A stretch of 63,579 nucleotides of DNA, counting the filler, from Thraustochytrium aureum (taxonomy: Eukaryota), in the NCBI GenBank assembly GCA_012862495.1. It is 6 parts of 5 records of this genome, joined end to end, with 100 filler letters (N's around TTAATTAATTAA, not from the genome) between each part and the next. Parts side by side here need not be neighbours in the genome. Positions count along the whole stretch, not along the records: positions 1 to 28,254 come from BLSG01000162.1; 5 more parts are not named here. One strand, given 5' to 3'. A program made the position numbers and the translations under genes. Shown piece by piece: positions 1-11,661 of the stretch; position 1 is the stretch's first letter, and each line of letters opens with the position of its first letter. The notes beneath the pieces are model-generated. The model was not told where the DNA came from and did no database searches. It worked only from the letters and a program-made list of their open reading frames with translations.

Positions 1-3000
1 CGGACGGCGCCTTGGTCGGCGAGCTCGAAGGGCTGGACGACGGCGACCTACTCGGACTAGAGCTTGGCGCCACGGAGGGCGTAGTCGAGGGCTGCATCGT
101 TGGGCCTAAAGTTGGCGAATCGCTTGGCGATGTGGAAGGCCCGATGCTTGGCGACGCGGAGGGCGTTTCGGTCGGGCTACGCGAGGGAGTCGAGGTCGGC
201 GTCCTGGTCGGCGCCTTCGTCGGAGCTTTTGATGGCGCTCGCTGTGGGGCGTGCGTGGCACCGTTAGGCAGCGGCGCGAGCGTGGGGCTCAAGGTGACGC
301 GGTTTGTGAACGTAAGCCCGGAAATGGAGGCCTTTGCTGGCTGGTGCCACGGGTCCGCAACATAGACTGGGCGCATCCCGAGATTCACAAACGGAGAGCC
401 CAGATTCCGCGAGCACACCTTGACCCCGTCGTAGAAGACCTGGAGGAGCTTGTCAAGGAGGAGAATGCGAATGTTGTAGTGGCGCCCCTTCTCAAGCTCT
501 TGGGGCGGGTCGCAGCCATCGTTCCAGTTTCGCAGCGTTGAAACTCGGACGTGCAGCTGCGTGCGCCACGGGTGCAACCACACGGCCGGAGCGCGCTCCT
601 GGTTTGTTTCGCCGACGTGGAAGATGTTGTTCCACACGGATTGCTCGCTTGCAACAAGAAGGTCAAACTCGACTTCCCAACTCGAAGCCAAGGTGATCTG
701 CTGCCAGATTTCGCCTCGCACTAGCTCCGTTCGAGACGGGCTAGGGGCCAGAGTCGCGCGGTCATCAATGTTCCGGAACACTGGGCCTTCGAGGGAAGCA
801 TACGCAGCAGGATACCACGGGTTGGCCACCCACAGCGTTCGCTCGCCAAAGATCCGGAACGGGGATTCTAGCCAACGTGTGCATTCCACTTTGCCGTCAA
901 ACCGGACGGTGAGAACCTCGCCAAACACCTCCAGCTCGAGCTCGTACCGCCGCCCAAGCTCCAAATCAATGTTCGGGTCACACCCATTGTTCCAAACCTT
1001 TTCACTGGCGACACGAAAGTGCAGCCGAGGTCTGCTCGGGTAAACCCAAACGGCCGGGGCTCGCTCGTGATCCGTTTCGCCAACATGAAAGACGTTCTCC
1101 CATCGCGAGGAGAAGTCGTAGAGCGTGATGTTGAAAGACACAACCCAGTCCGCTCCAAGCGTGACCTTGCCCACCGCGTTTCCGCGCTCGAGCCTGGGAA
1201 TTATTGTCGGGGCAGGCGTCGGCCGGTCAGTGATGTTTGCAAACACGACGCCCTGGACTCGTGCGTTGGCTGGTAAATGCCAAGGGTCGGAAATGTACAG
1301 TGGCCTCCTTCCAAAGATCGCGGTCGGAGACCCAAGGTCTCGTCGGCAGGCCTCGACTCCGTCCAGACGCACGGTCATGTACTCGGCAAAGACCTCGACT
1401 TCCACCAAGTAGGTCTGGCCAAGCTCGAGGTTCTTACCCGGGTCGCACCCGTCGTTCATGTTGTCTTCCGTGCTAACCCGGATGTGCAGCTTTGGCTCCC
1501 CGGGGCGCGTCCAAATGCCAGGGCCGCGCTCTGTGTTTGTCCCTCCCAAATGCAGCACGCTCTGCCAAGCATTTACGGTGTCCCAGACCGTGAGGGGAGA
1601 AGGTCAGGTTCCAGTTTGGTCCCAAGGTGACGTAGTCCACGATGTGCCCCCGAACGAGTTCTGGGAGCGGCATGGTCGGCGCTGGAGTGGGCCTGTCGGT
1701 GATATTTGCCCACTCGGGCCCCTCAAGCGCGGCGATGGCCGGCGTGTACCACGGGTCGGAAACGTACAGTGGCAGGGGCTGGTCCAGGAACTGAAACGGT
1801 GCTGGGAGAACCCGTGTGCAGACCAGGACATCGTCGTACCAGACTCTGATCACATCAGCAAACTGCTCGACACGGATTTTGTATTGTCGCCCAATGACGA
1901 ATTCGTTCAGGGGATCGCAGCCGTCGTTCCAATAGTCAACTCGCGAGAGGCGGACGTGCAGCCGGGGCGCGTTTGGATGGATCCACAGGCCTGGAACTCG
2001 CTCATTGTTCGACCGGCCGACGTGGAAAACGCTCTGCCAAGTGGAGCGAACGCCGTAGAGCGTCATATTGAAGTCGACGAGCCAGTTGCGCCCAAGGTGG
2101 ACGCTGCCGACTTGGTTGCCTCTAACAAGCTCCGGGGCCACTTCGGGCACGGGAGGTGGCGTCGTCGGAGCAGCGGTGATATCGTTTGCGCAAGCTTTGA
2201 GATGCAGGTGGCGTGCGCAAGGCTTGTCGCCCTTGCGGTAGCACTGATGAGTCGCAGGGTTCTTGCAGAGGGTATCGTCCTGCGTAATTCCAGCTTCCTC
2301 GAAGGTTGCGCAATCGCACGCCTCTGGCTCGGCGGGGCCGAGATAGATGCCAGTGAGCTTGACCAGCTGGCCGGGGGTGACACGGATCACGTTGCCCTGG
2401 CTCGTCACGTAGTCGTCGTGCGTCGCGCTGTACTCAAGCCGGTAAGTTTTGCCAACAACGGACTCGCTCGAGATGTCTGGCAAGGTAATCGAAAAGAAGC
2501 CGTCGTCGTCCGTCACCTGCTCGAGCTTGGTGTCCTCCACGGAGGAGCCGATGCAGCTGTTCCACGCCACGTCGTCTGCTTCGGCCCATTCGCAGCAGTC
2601 AATGCCGTCTTCGGAGCAAGCCCCATGCACCCCGTCCCAGACTGAGCACTCCACGTCTGCGCAAAAGGTCGGGCGTTCGCCACTAGCTGTCTGGCAAGTG
2701 CCTGTGCGGTCAGCCCAGATACGAACGTAGGCGCCGGCGACGCCAACGTCACCGTTCGAGTACACGCGCCCCTGGATGGTGGTGATCGCTGGGGCGAGCA
2801 GCGCCGCGATTTGTGGCTTCCTCAGATGCACCCAAACGCACAAGAAGGAGGTCGAGTCGGAGCGCCGCACTGTAATCCCGTTCTTGAGCGCTGGGGTGCA
2901 CGATTCAGGGACGACTTTGATTACTGGCGTTCCTGAGAGTATCCGTCGCGTAACAACGACCTCGTTGCTCCGCACGACCTCTACTTGAGCACCGTACTTT

Positions 3001-6000
3001 TCCATGACGACAAATGCATTGCCCGCCTCTGTCGAAAATGTGGAAACCATTGAACACAGGAAGGGCCACCGCAGCGAAGGGTTGTAGCTTGTGGGACAGA
3101 GGCCAGCGAAGTCAAACTTGAAGACGATCGCGTTGTTGACTTGGCTATCCCAAACCCAGTAGGCGTTGGGGTCGACGGTGTTGGCTGTCACGATCCCCCT
3201 CCATTGACCCTGGCCGGCAACCGTGTGGACCAGCCGGTCCTCCTTGAGAGGCTTTGCCGAGACAGCATTGGTCTCGTCCTTGTCGATGTAGAACGCGAGC
3301 GGGGCGGCGCCGACGCCCGTCGACTGCGTCGTGAGGTAGGTTGCGCCACAAGCCTCGATCTTACCAATGAACCCGCCCACTGAGCCCCAGTCTAGGCAGC
3401 TGAAGCGAAGGGAGGTCGTCGCTGAGAAAGTCACGTCGCGTGTAAACGTCGTGTGCCAATTGCTTACCGTTGCCGTGTCGACTTGAGCAGAGCCGTCGAA
3501 TTGGTGGTATGTGAGGCCATTATCGCAATGCACGGTGACTCTGGCTGACGTGCATGCGCAGTTCTGACCACCGTCTTCACCGTCGTCGTAGTCGTCGCCG
3601 TCGTCCATAAAATCCAAGGCCAGGCAGCCGACGCGTCTCTTCTTGCTCTTCTTGCTGAGCGCCCTTGCGCGGGTCGTGGAGCCTGAGCCCGAAAGCAGAA
3701 CGCGACGGTCTCCGGTCAATTCAACTGCCGCTGCAACGTCGTCTTCGAAGACGTTGTCCGCAAATGAACGGCCGACAGGCTCTGGGTCTTGTGGGGGCGA
3801 AAACACTGCATCGAGGCTTGTTCCGGTTCCGGGGAGCGCGGCCTTTTCCTGGGAGACGGAATCCATCGTCATGATGAGTTGGCAGGTGTTGATCGCCGGT
3901 ATGTAGATCATGGAGGTTGGGATTCCCGACTCGTTCGCTTGCGCCAACGTCAGCTCCAGCTCCGCTCTAGTCCAGCAAAATTGGTCTTGCTCGCAGTCGG
4001 TCGAGGTTGCACAGGTCATTTCAAAACCGCACCGCCTATTGCAGACTGGGCCACCGCAGTCGACGTCTGTCTCTGCGCCGTCACGGATACCGTTCTCGCA
4101 CGAGACGCAGGTTTTGTTGAAGCAGAGATTTGACTCACAATCGGAGGCAGACAGGCAGGCACCACCGTCGGGGCACGAGTTCCCGATTGAAGGGCAGAGC
4201 GAGCCGCCGCAATCGACGTCCGTCTCGTGAATGCTCTTGACCCCATCGTTGCACTCGATCGCAACGTGCGTGTAGGCCTCCGAGTCTCGGAAGATGTCGC
4301 TCTGCGAACCGTCCGTGCCGAAGATCGCCTCGCACTGGCCGACGCCGCAGGTTCCATCTGTGCAACTAGTGGAGCACCGCTNNNNNNNNNNNNNNNNNNN
4401 NNNNNNNNNNNNNNNNNNNNNNNNNNNNNNNNNNNNNNNNNNNNNNNNNNNNNNNNNNNNNNNNNNNNNNNNNNNNNNNNNNNNNNNNNNNNNNNNNNNN
4501 NNNNNNNNNNNNNNNNNNNNNNNNNNNNNNNNNNNNNNNNNNNNNNNNNNNNNNNNNNNCGTCCTGGACGCCGTTCGAGCACGAGACGCACAGTCCGGTG
4601 AGCTGGCTGCAGATCCCGGACGAGCATTGCGACGGATTGGTGCACCGTCTGCCGTCCAAACACAGTCCCCTGCTGTCGGCGTTGGCGGCGTGCAGCGGTG
4701 CGGACTTGGAGTAGTTGGCAGGAGTTTCGTCAGAGTATTCGAGGTAGTACGCCTTGCAGGTGGGCGAGCCGCAGTCGACGTCGCCCTCTTGCGACCCCTT
4801 TCTGCCGTCGTGGCAGCTTGCGCAGACCCCAGCGTCGCAGCTCCCTGAGAGGCAGTCCCGGTCCACGTAGCAAGCCTGGCCAAGCTCGCACAAAAAGGCG
4901 ACGTTCGGGTCGGGAAGGCTCTCCTGGCCAGATCGCGCCTGGAGCAGAAAGGCGAGGCACTCTCCACCGCCGCAGTCGACGCCTGTCTCGGCGCCGTCAC
5001 GCACTCCGTTGGTGCACTTTTCCCAGAATGTCTCGCGCCTACACAGACCGCTTGTTGAATTGCAGTGCGCTGTTTGGCAATCGTCATCCTTGAAGCAGGC
5101 TCTGCCCGCTGAGCAACGCGCAGAGCAGCCCCCCGTGGCGGGCTGCCCTCCACAATCGACGTCGGTCTCGCTGCCATCCCGCAGCCCATTGCTGCACGAG
5201 TGGACTGGGAGGTCTGCGACCGCCAGAATAGGTGTCGCGCTCGATTTGTCAACATCGAGTGACTCGACGACCACCTCGGCGTTGACGCGGGAGTTTGCGG
5301 AGTTGAAGTACGTCGTCAACGCCACAATGGCCGCAATAATGATGACCACCACACAGCAAACCAAGAACTGCGCGCGATGCTTGCCAACAATCTTGACGCG
5401 ATCGGACTTGTGCGGGGAGTGGCCCAGGAGCCAAACGTCAGCGCGAATTGCGACAGCCACACAAATTAGGAGCTCCACGAGGCCGAATAGCAGGATCGAG
5501 GTGTGCTGCGAAAGGAGGTTCACGAGCACTTGGCAGCAGGCCTCGTTCAAGCAGCCCTCTTTGCGCACAGCAGTTTCGTTCGCCACGAAAGAGTGCTCCC
5601 AAGCGTACGCCACGAGTTTGACGTTCGGGCAGCGAGCAGAGTCGCCGACGCCTTTGGTCGCATAAACAAAGCTGCCCGTCTCGGCGTTGTACGTTTCGAT
5701 TTGGGCCCCCATCGCAGCCCCGCCATATTTCGAGCAGTGCGCAGAGACATTCCACCACTCATCAGACATAATCTGCAAGATCGAGCGGCAGTTGCCCAGA
5801 ATGAGACTTTCCAAGTCAGCCGTCGCCACAGTGATGAAAACAGCAAAGAGACAGATCATCAAAACCAGCATTGCCCCTGCGTGCAGCTTGAGGAGGCTCG
5901 GGTCCTCGATGAGCGCAGCCCCAAACCCGAGGATGCTCAGCACGACCAGCAAGACGCAGAGGCCGATGAAGACGTGAAAGGTGGTGAGCATGTTGGACCC

Positions 6001-6818
6001 GAGGGCATCGTCCCCAAGAAATTGGCCAAGGTCGAGCAGCGAGAACGCGAGCATGAGCCCAAAGATGCCGATTGCGACCAAGATGGTCGAGAACGTCTCC
6101 AGGAAGCTTTGCGAAATTTCGTAGACGGTCACGATGTGAACCGTGGAACGCATGGAGACCATTGTCAAGAGCGTGATGACGAGGGCGATGCTGGAAGACG
6201 CCCTGGCGAAACGTCTCTGTTTCCCCAAAAGATCCATCGTTGAGGAACGAGTCCTGGTCGGCAAGCACCGCGAGCGACACAGGGAGGACAATAATCACCA
6301 GTGTGAGCGCCATGTGAAAGTAGCCTTGCAGGAGGTTTTGCCCAGGCGTTCCGAGGCCGTCGTCGTCGTTGCGGATGTCACGCCGCACGCGAGCCGCGCC
6401 GTAGGCTCCGAACAGGGCTGATAAGAGCATGAGCGATCCGACGGTCATCATGATCTCGCCCAATGCCGAGTCTAGGTTGTCGGCCTTTGCGGCATCCTTG
6501 CCAAGTCGGCCAAGCACTAAAAGGCAGACAGAAAGCACAGCAATAAGCACAAGTTGGCTGATCAGACGTGTGTGAGTCCACTTGAGGATGACGTGCTTGC
6601 GCGCCTCGATGAGCGGGGAGGAGTCGCCGATCATGGACCCGCGGAACTGGAGCTGATGGTTTGAAAGGCGCCGCACTGACCTAGCATGGTGGTGCGCTTT
6701 CTGCAAAAAGTCTACAATCTGGTCGTCACCGACGGCGCCTGACTGGGGCCGAACAACCTTTCCAGAAACGACCACGGCAGGACTGCCATCGTCGTCGCCG
6801 TTCAGCGCCTCAGCCATG
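1..6818 (-). CDS. Giant multi-pass surface protein: two tetraspanin-like 4-TM units plus an extra TM, Cys-rich ETDVDCGG repeats, beta-sandwich domains, four lectin/ConA-like repeats and a PT/PS stalk (3' partial, frameshifted)
   Basis: Overlapping minus-strand ORFs 5816-6847, 4366-6291 and 1473-5255 plus hand-translated frames down to base 1 read as one protein if indels near 6230, 1595 and 490 and the gap 4382-4559 are bridged. About nine hydrophobic segments, at least six CxxGxxxxxETDVDCGG-type repeats, four repeats with VFHVG/ERxP/RLHxR/NxGCDP, and PSSSPT repeats at the window edge. Confidence 0.75.
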
Positions 6819-8122
6819 GCCGTGCGTTTTTGCGGATGATCCTCCAAGCCCCCACCACCTGGGACGATTCGCTTGCTCGTGGGCCACCACCTGCCGCGCG
6901 CTGAAGAGCTCGTGGGTCAAAGCTCAAAACTTCGCCCAGCCTCGTCTGCTTCGCGGCCCTCTTGCCGTGTGTTTTCACGTCTGCGATCGCCGACTGGTGG
7001 AGAGAGTCCGTTTGCAGTCCGGGCGAGCCGAGCGGCGCGTGCCTAATTCCGTCCGTGGATGCACTCCCGGGTCTCTCTAGCTAGCTACTAGCCTGCCCGC
7101 GTCTCTCCAGGCAGCCGGGCGCGATGGAGCGCTTGCTGCTTCGCTCGAGACCTCGTTCTGCCGCTCCGTGCGTTGTTGAACTGTCCCAGTCCGTTACGTT
7201 AATCTCGTGGGGACCGTGCATGCCAACAGGTCCCTCGATAGACCCTCGTGCCCCATTGCCGGTTGCGCGGAAGGTCAGGCCTCGATCTGGCGCACGAAAG
7301 CTTGCTGGCGCGCCAGGCAGTCGGCCTCTTTCCGTCCAACTCTGAAGGGCGGTCCAGGCTCGCGTGGCATCGTGCACCCTGCTCTGTGGACGAGCGGCAT
7401 CGTGTGTCGCCGCGCATGCGAGGATGGAGGCAGCACCTTCCTTCGCCCATTCCTTCCAACGAAGCGATCGATGATCAAACGATCGATCGCATCAGCTCGG
7501 CCGACGGGCCCCCATTGCATTCATCGTCCACCACAGCGACAGCCGGGGCACTCGGGAGGAGAGAGTGAGCATGGTACTACGCCGCCGCCCGGACCGAGGC
7601 CGCCCTCTGTGCCCAGAAACTCGAGCAATGAACGCCTCGCTCGCTCGATCGATCATCGATCGCATCAGTCCAGAATGTGCAAGCTCGGCCGACGGGCGCC
7701 CATTGCACCCCTCCACAGCAACAGCCCGACACTCGCACGCCAACCGGCCCGAGGCCGCCATTGTCCACGAACACCCGCTAGCTCAGCATCGTGAGTGCGG
7801 CGCTCCGAGGCCTCGAAATGCGCCTGAGGCGATGCCGGTCAACGGTAACACTGGCCATGTGCCGCCGGACCCTCAGGAGCAGCAGAGCAACAGCAGCAGC
7901 AGCAGCAGAGCAGCAGGCAGTGGCAGCAGGCAGTCGTGGCAGCTGTCCTTGGCGTCTGGTCGGTCGTTTGCTTTTCTTGGTTTGTCAAGGCCGGCCTTCT
8001 TCCTCTGTTGGGCGCTGGCAGGCCGACCTGTCCCTGGCAGGCGTCAAGGCTGTCGTCGTTGACGTGACAGTGCGCCTGGCGTCCGCATCGACGAGTCTTG
8101 CTGGCAGTGGCGCAGGCCGAGG

Positions 8123-10865
8123 ATGAAGAAGGTGGCGCCAGAAGATGACGGCAAAGGCGGCGAAGACGCCCTCGAAGAAGAGGAAGAGGAAGAGGAGGTA
8201 GATGGCGCGGAAGACGAGGAGGAAGAAACGAAAGGCGGCGACGCGAAAGCGAATGCTGCAAAAGCGGCCGCAGGAGGCGCGCTCGCGCTCGGACTTGATG
8301 CTGAATCGGACTCGGACGACGACGNNNNNNNNNNNNNNNNNNNNNNNNNNNNNNNNNNNNNNNNNNNNNNNNNNNNNNNNNNNNNNNNNNNNNNNNNNNN
8401 NNNNNNNNNNNNNNNNNNNNNNNNNNNNNNNNNNNNNNNTAGCGCGGGGTCGGCGTCGAACACGGGGCTCACGGAGACGCAGAATAGGCTGCTGTATATG
8501 ATCAGCCTGTACTCGCACGCGGCGCGAACAGAGGACGAAAAAGGAGGAGTGGACCGGAAGCAGGCGGTGCAGGTGCTGATATACGAGGGCATTGTACTGC
8601 AGGTTCTAGACTATGACTACGCGCCTTCGTCCGAGATCATCGGACTGCGGCGCGCGTATTTCAACATCTCGCAGGAAGGCAAGAGCGACTTGGACTTTCT
8701 GCGCGAAGAAGAGCTGTTGAACGGGCTCAAGCTGAGCAGCAAAGAGTACCAGCCCGTCACATGCTACCAAATCAGCGAGAAGGGCGAAGAGATCTTGAAA
8801 AAGCTGGGCAAACAGGACCGCGAGGCAGTGCACGAAATGGTCTTTGCGCCTGGCACGCGCGAGCTGCTCAAGGTCAGCTGGAACGACGCCGAAGAGGCCT
8901 TTTACCTGATTAGCGCCTCGGGATACACGCGCAAGAGCACGGTAATGAACACCGAGGACGTCTCCTACGTGAGCAGCGCGTATATTCCGCAGTGCTTGCG
9001 GCACGGCGGGCGGCCCACGCTGAGTAACGCTCACCGCGCGCACGAGTGCGGGCAAGGCGACAGCGCCATCCGCGACGAGCTGGACGAGGTCATCACCCTC
9101 AACTCGGTGTCAGTGATCGTGAGCGAGTACATCCCCTTCGGGACCAACAACCTTGTGCAGCTCAACAACAACATCGGCTCAACGGAGCGCGTGCAAGGCG
9201 GGTTTTTCACCGCCAACGTGGACAAAGACACATCGGGGACAAAACTGGAGCTGAAACCAGGGCTCACATCGATCAGCATTCTGGACTACACGCTGGCCGA
9301 CCACGCCAACTTTGAAGCCAATATCCACTACCCGACCCAGGACGGCGTGGTGCAGGTGGAAACGTTCGGGATCTCGTGCAACAGCGATGGGACGCTGTTC
9401 TACGGGATGCAGGTGGAGGCCGTGATGGACCGCATCAAGGACAACATTAGTCTCGACCACTTGGCGCGCCTGCTCGTGGACGTGCACATGGATAGCAGCA
9501 AGATTATCGACTCGGTGGTCTCCGGCCACCAGCGCAAGTTGATGGACCTCTTGTACAACGGGTACGCGCCGTACCGCGACAAAGTCAACCTCATCGTCGC
9601 AAACGAAATCACCCCACACCTCACTGCGGAGGAGTACATGGACCATGGCGAGTCGAAAATGAGCTCAAGCAGGTGCTCGGCGACACGCGCGCGGCGTACG
9701 ACATCAGCGAGCACGACGCGCTCGTCTTTGGGGCGCACGGCCTGTTGGTGGCCGGGCCCAACTCGCGCCACCACGAGCCTCTGCTGTGCGCCTACCTGCA
9801 GTTCCAGAGCACCGACCTGTTCCTGCAAAACTTCTTCAACCGACTCTACATGCTTCTGGACGAGATGAAGGACCTGCGCTTTGAGATCGACCATGCAGAG
9901 TCGGACCCGCGCGCCTTTGAGCGCTGCGTCCGCGAGCACAACAAGCTGACCGAGCGGTGATCATGCTCGAGGAAATCCTCGGGTTCATCCGCGAGTCGCT
10001 CAATGAGGTCGTGGTGCCTCCCCAGCCACCCGAGCAGAGCGGGCGCTCGCTCTACGAGCGTCTCCAAGTGGCCGATATGAAGGACCAGCTGATGCGCCGG
10101 TCCGCCGACATGGTCAAGTCGGTCAGCGCGACGAGGCGCCACCTGGAGCTCTTGTCGCACATGGTGCAGGACTTGCGCGAGCGCAAGAGTATGGACATCA
10201 ACGAAGCCACGCAGGCGTACACGCGCCAGCTTTGCGACCTGCAAGGCCACAACGAGCGCGCGAGCAAGTCGCTAGAGATCATCCAAATCGTTCTCGCGGG
10301 CACGCTAGCCTTTGACACGCTGGACCGCCTCACGGGCCAGTGGTCCGTGGTCAACACGACTTGGATGCGCAAGTTTGTGGAGCCCGTCATGAAGAACACG
10401 CCCATGCTCTGGTTCTTCCTCAACTTGGCGGTGTTTGCCCTATTCGGTGTGCTCTGTACGCGCGCCTTCCGGGCGGTTACCTTCAATGCGCAGGGTTTGA
10501 TTACGCTCAAGGAGGTCGTCAACCGCCGGCTCGACATGCAAAACCTCAACAAGTACCTTCAGCGCAAGGGCGCTGCCATCACGACGGAAGAGCGCATCCG
10601 AGCCTCTGGTAACGAGGTCGTTGCCGTGTCGTGGGTGGAGCCGGACAAGAAGGAGTGGGGCTATTTCGCGCCGCGGATTACGCTTCGCTACGACATCACG
10701 ACGCAGTTTCTGCACTCTATCGAGTTGCAGTACAACCGCCGCCTGGCTAAGCGCAATCTGGCCTTCAACGCCGAGGAGCTTCGCGACCGTCTCAAGGAGG
10801 ACATGGACAGCGCCAAGGTGCTTTTGAGCGACGACGTCGCAGTTCCGCCTGCCGAGACCTCATGA
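8123..10865 (+). CDS. Uncharacterised protein: acidic N-terminus, putative winged-helix region, CorA-like helical bundle with two TM segments (frameshifted)
   Basis: ORFs 8123-9868, 9673-9960 and 9957-10865 join through single-base indels near 9655 (GE[Y]ENELKQVLGDT) and 9957. Conserved-looking block LLYMISLY...LIYEGIV...DYDYAP...NISQEGKSDLDFLRE...YQISEKG. Long amphipathic helices precede two TMs (SLEIIQIVLAGTLAF; MLWFFLNLAVFALFGVL). Confidence 0.7.
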
Positions 10866-10934
10866 CGATAGCCGCACACTTTTGCCCGCGTTCGACAGCA
10901 TCTGACGGAGGATTACTCCTCTCTCTCTAGCTAC

Positions 10935-11213
10935 CTACAGCCCCAAAAGTCTGCACAATGCCGCGAGCTTGAAGAAGTCCTGCCTCAGCTTGCCGCCGCA
11001 CTGCTCCAACGGCCGGATCAACGCCAGCCGACGCGCATCGATCGCCTTGTGGGAGTCCACGACGCGGTCATCACCGCACAAACCGATCTGCAGGCTCCAC
11101 GAGACGAGACCAACCAGGAGGTGCAGTAAGTACTCGAGTTGAGTAACTAGCTGAGCACATGCGTTCGAACAGAGACCCAGGGCGGCGAAGAGCACAGCGC
11201 GGCGGCACTGCAT
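10935..11213 (-). CDS. Possible 3' fragment of a hypothetical protein
   Basis: Protein-like 92-aa reading adjacent to an N gap; no recognisable motif. Confidence 0.15.
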   Translation of the reverse strand: MQCRRAVLFAALGLCSNACAQLVTQLEYLLHLLVGLVSWSLQIGLCGDDRVVDSHKAIDARRLALIRPLEQCGGKLRQDFFKLAALCRLLGL

Positions 11214-11661
11214 GGGCGTCCGTCCCAGTGGGCTGCGCGAACATGCTCGAGATGCACCTGCCTTTCACGAACTCCTAAGTGGGGCAGGNNNNNNNNNNNN
11301 NNNNNNNNNNNNNNNNNNNNNNNNNNNNNNNNNNNNNNNNNNNNNNNNNNNNNNNNNNNNNNNNNNNNNNNNNNNNNNNNNNNNNNNNNNNNNNNNNNNN
11401 NNNNNNNNNNNNNNNNNNNNNNNNNNNNNNNNNNNNNNNNNNNNNNNNNNNNNNNNNNNNNNNNNNNNNNNNNNNNNNNNNNNNNNNNNNNNNNNNNNNN
11501 NNNNNNNNNNNNNNNNNNNNNNNNNNNNNNNNNNNNNNNNNNNNNNNNNNNNNNNNNNNNNNNNNNNNNNNNNNNNNNNNNNNNNNNNNNNNNNNNNNNN
11601 NNNNNNNNNNNNNNNNNNNNNNNNNNNNNNNNNNNNNNNNNNNNNNNNNNNNNNNNNNNNN

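Noticed and set aside
9640..9965. Programmed ribosomal frameshifting or pseudogenisation to explain the many broken ORFs
   Set aside because: Indels occur in many genes, including conserved ones, without a shared slippery motif or accumulated stops. Consensus error in a gappy draft is simpler.
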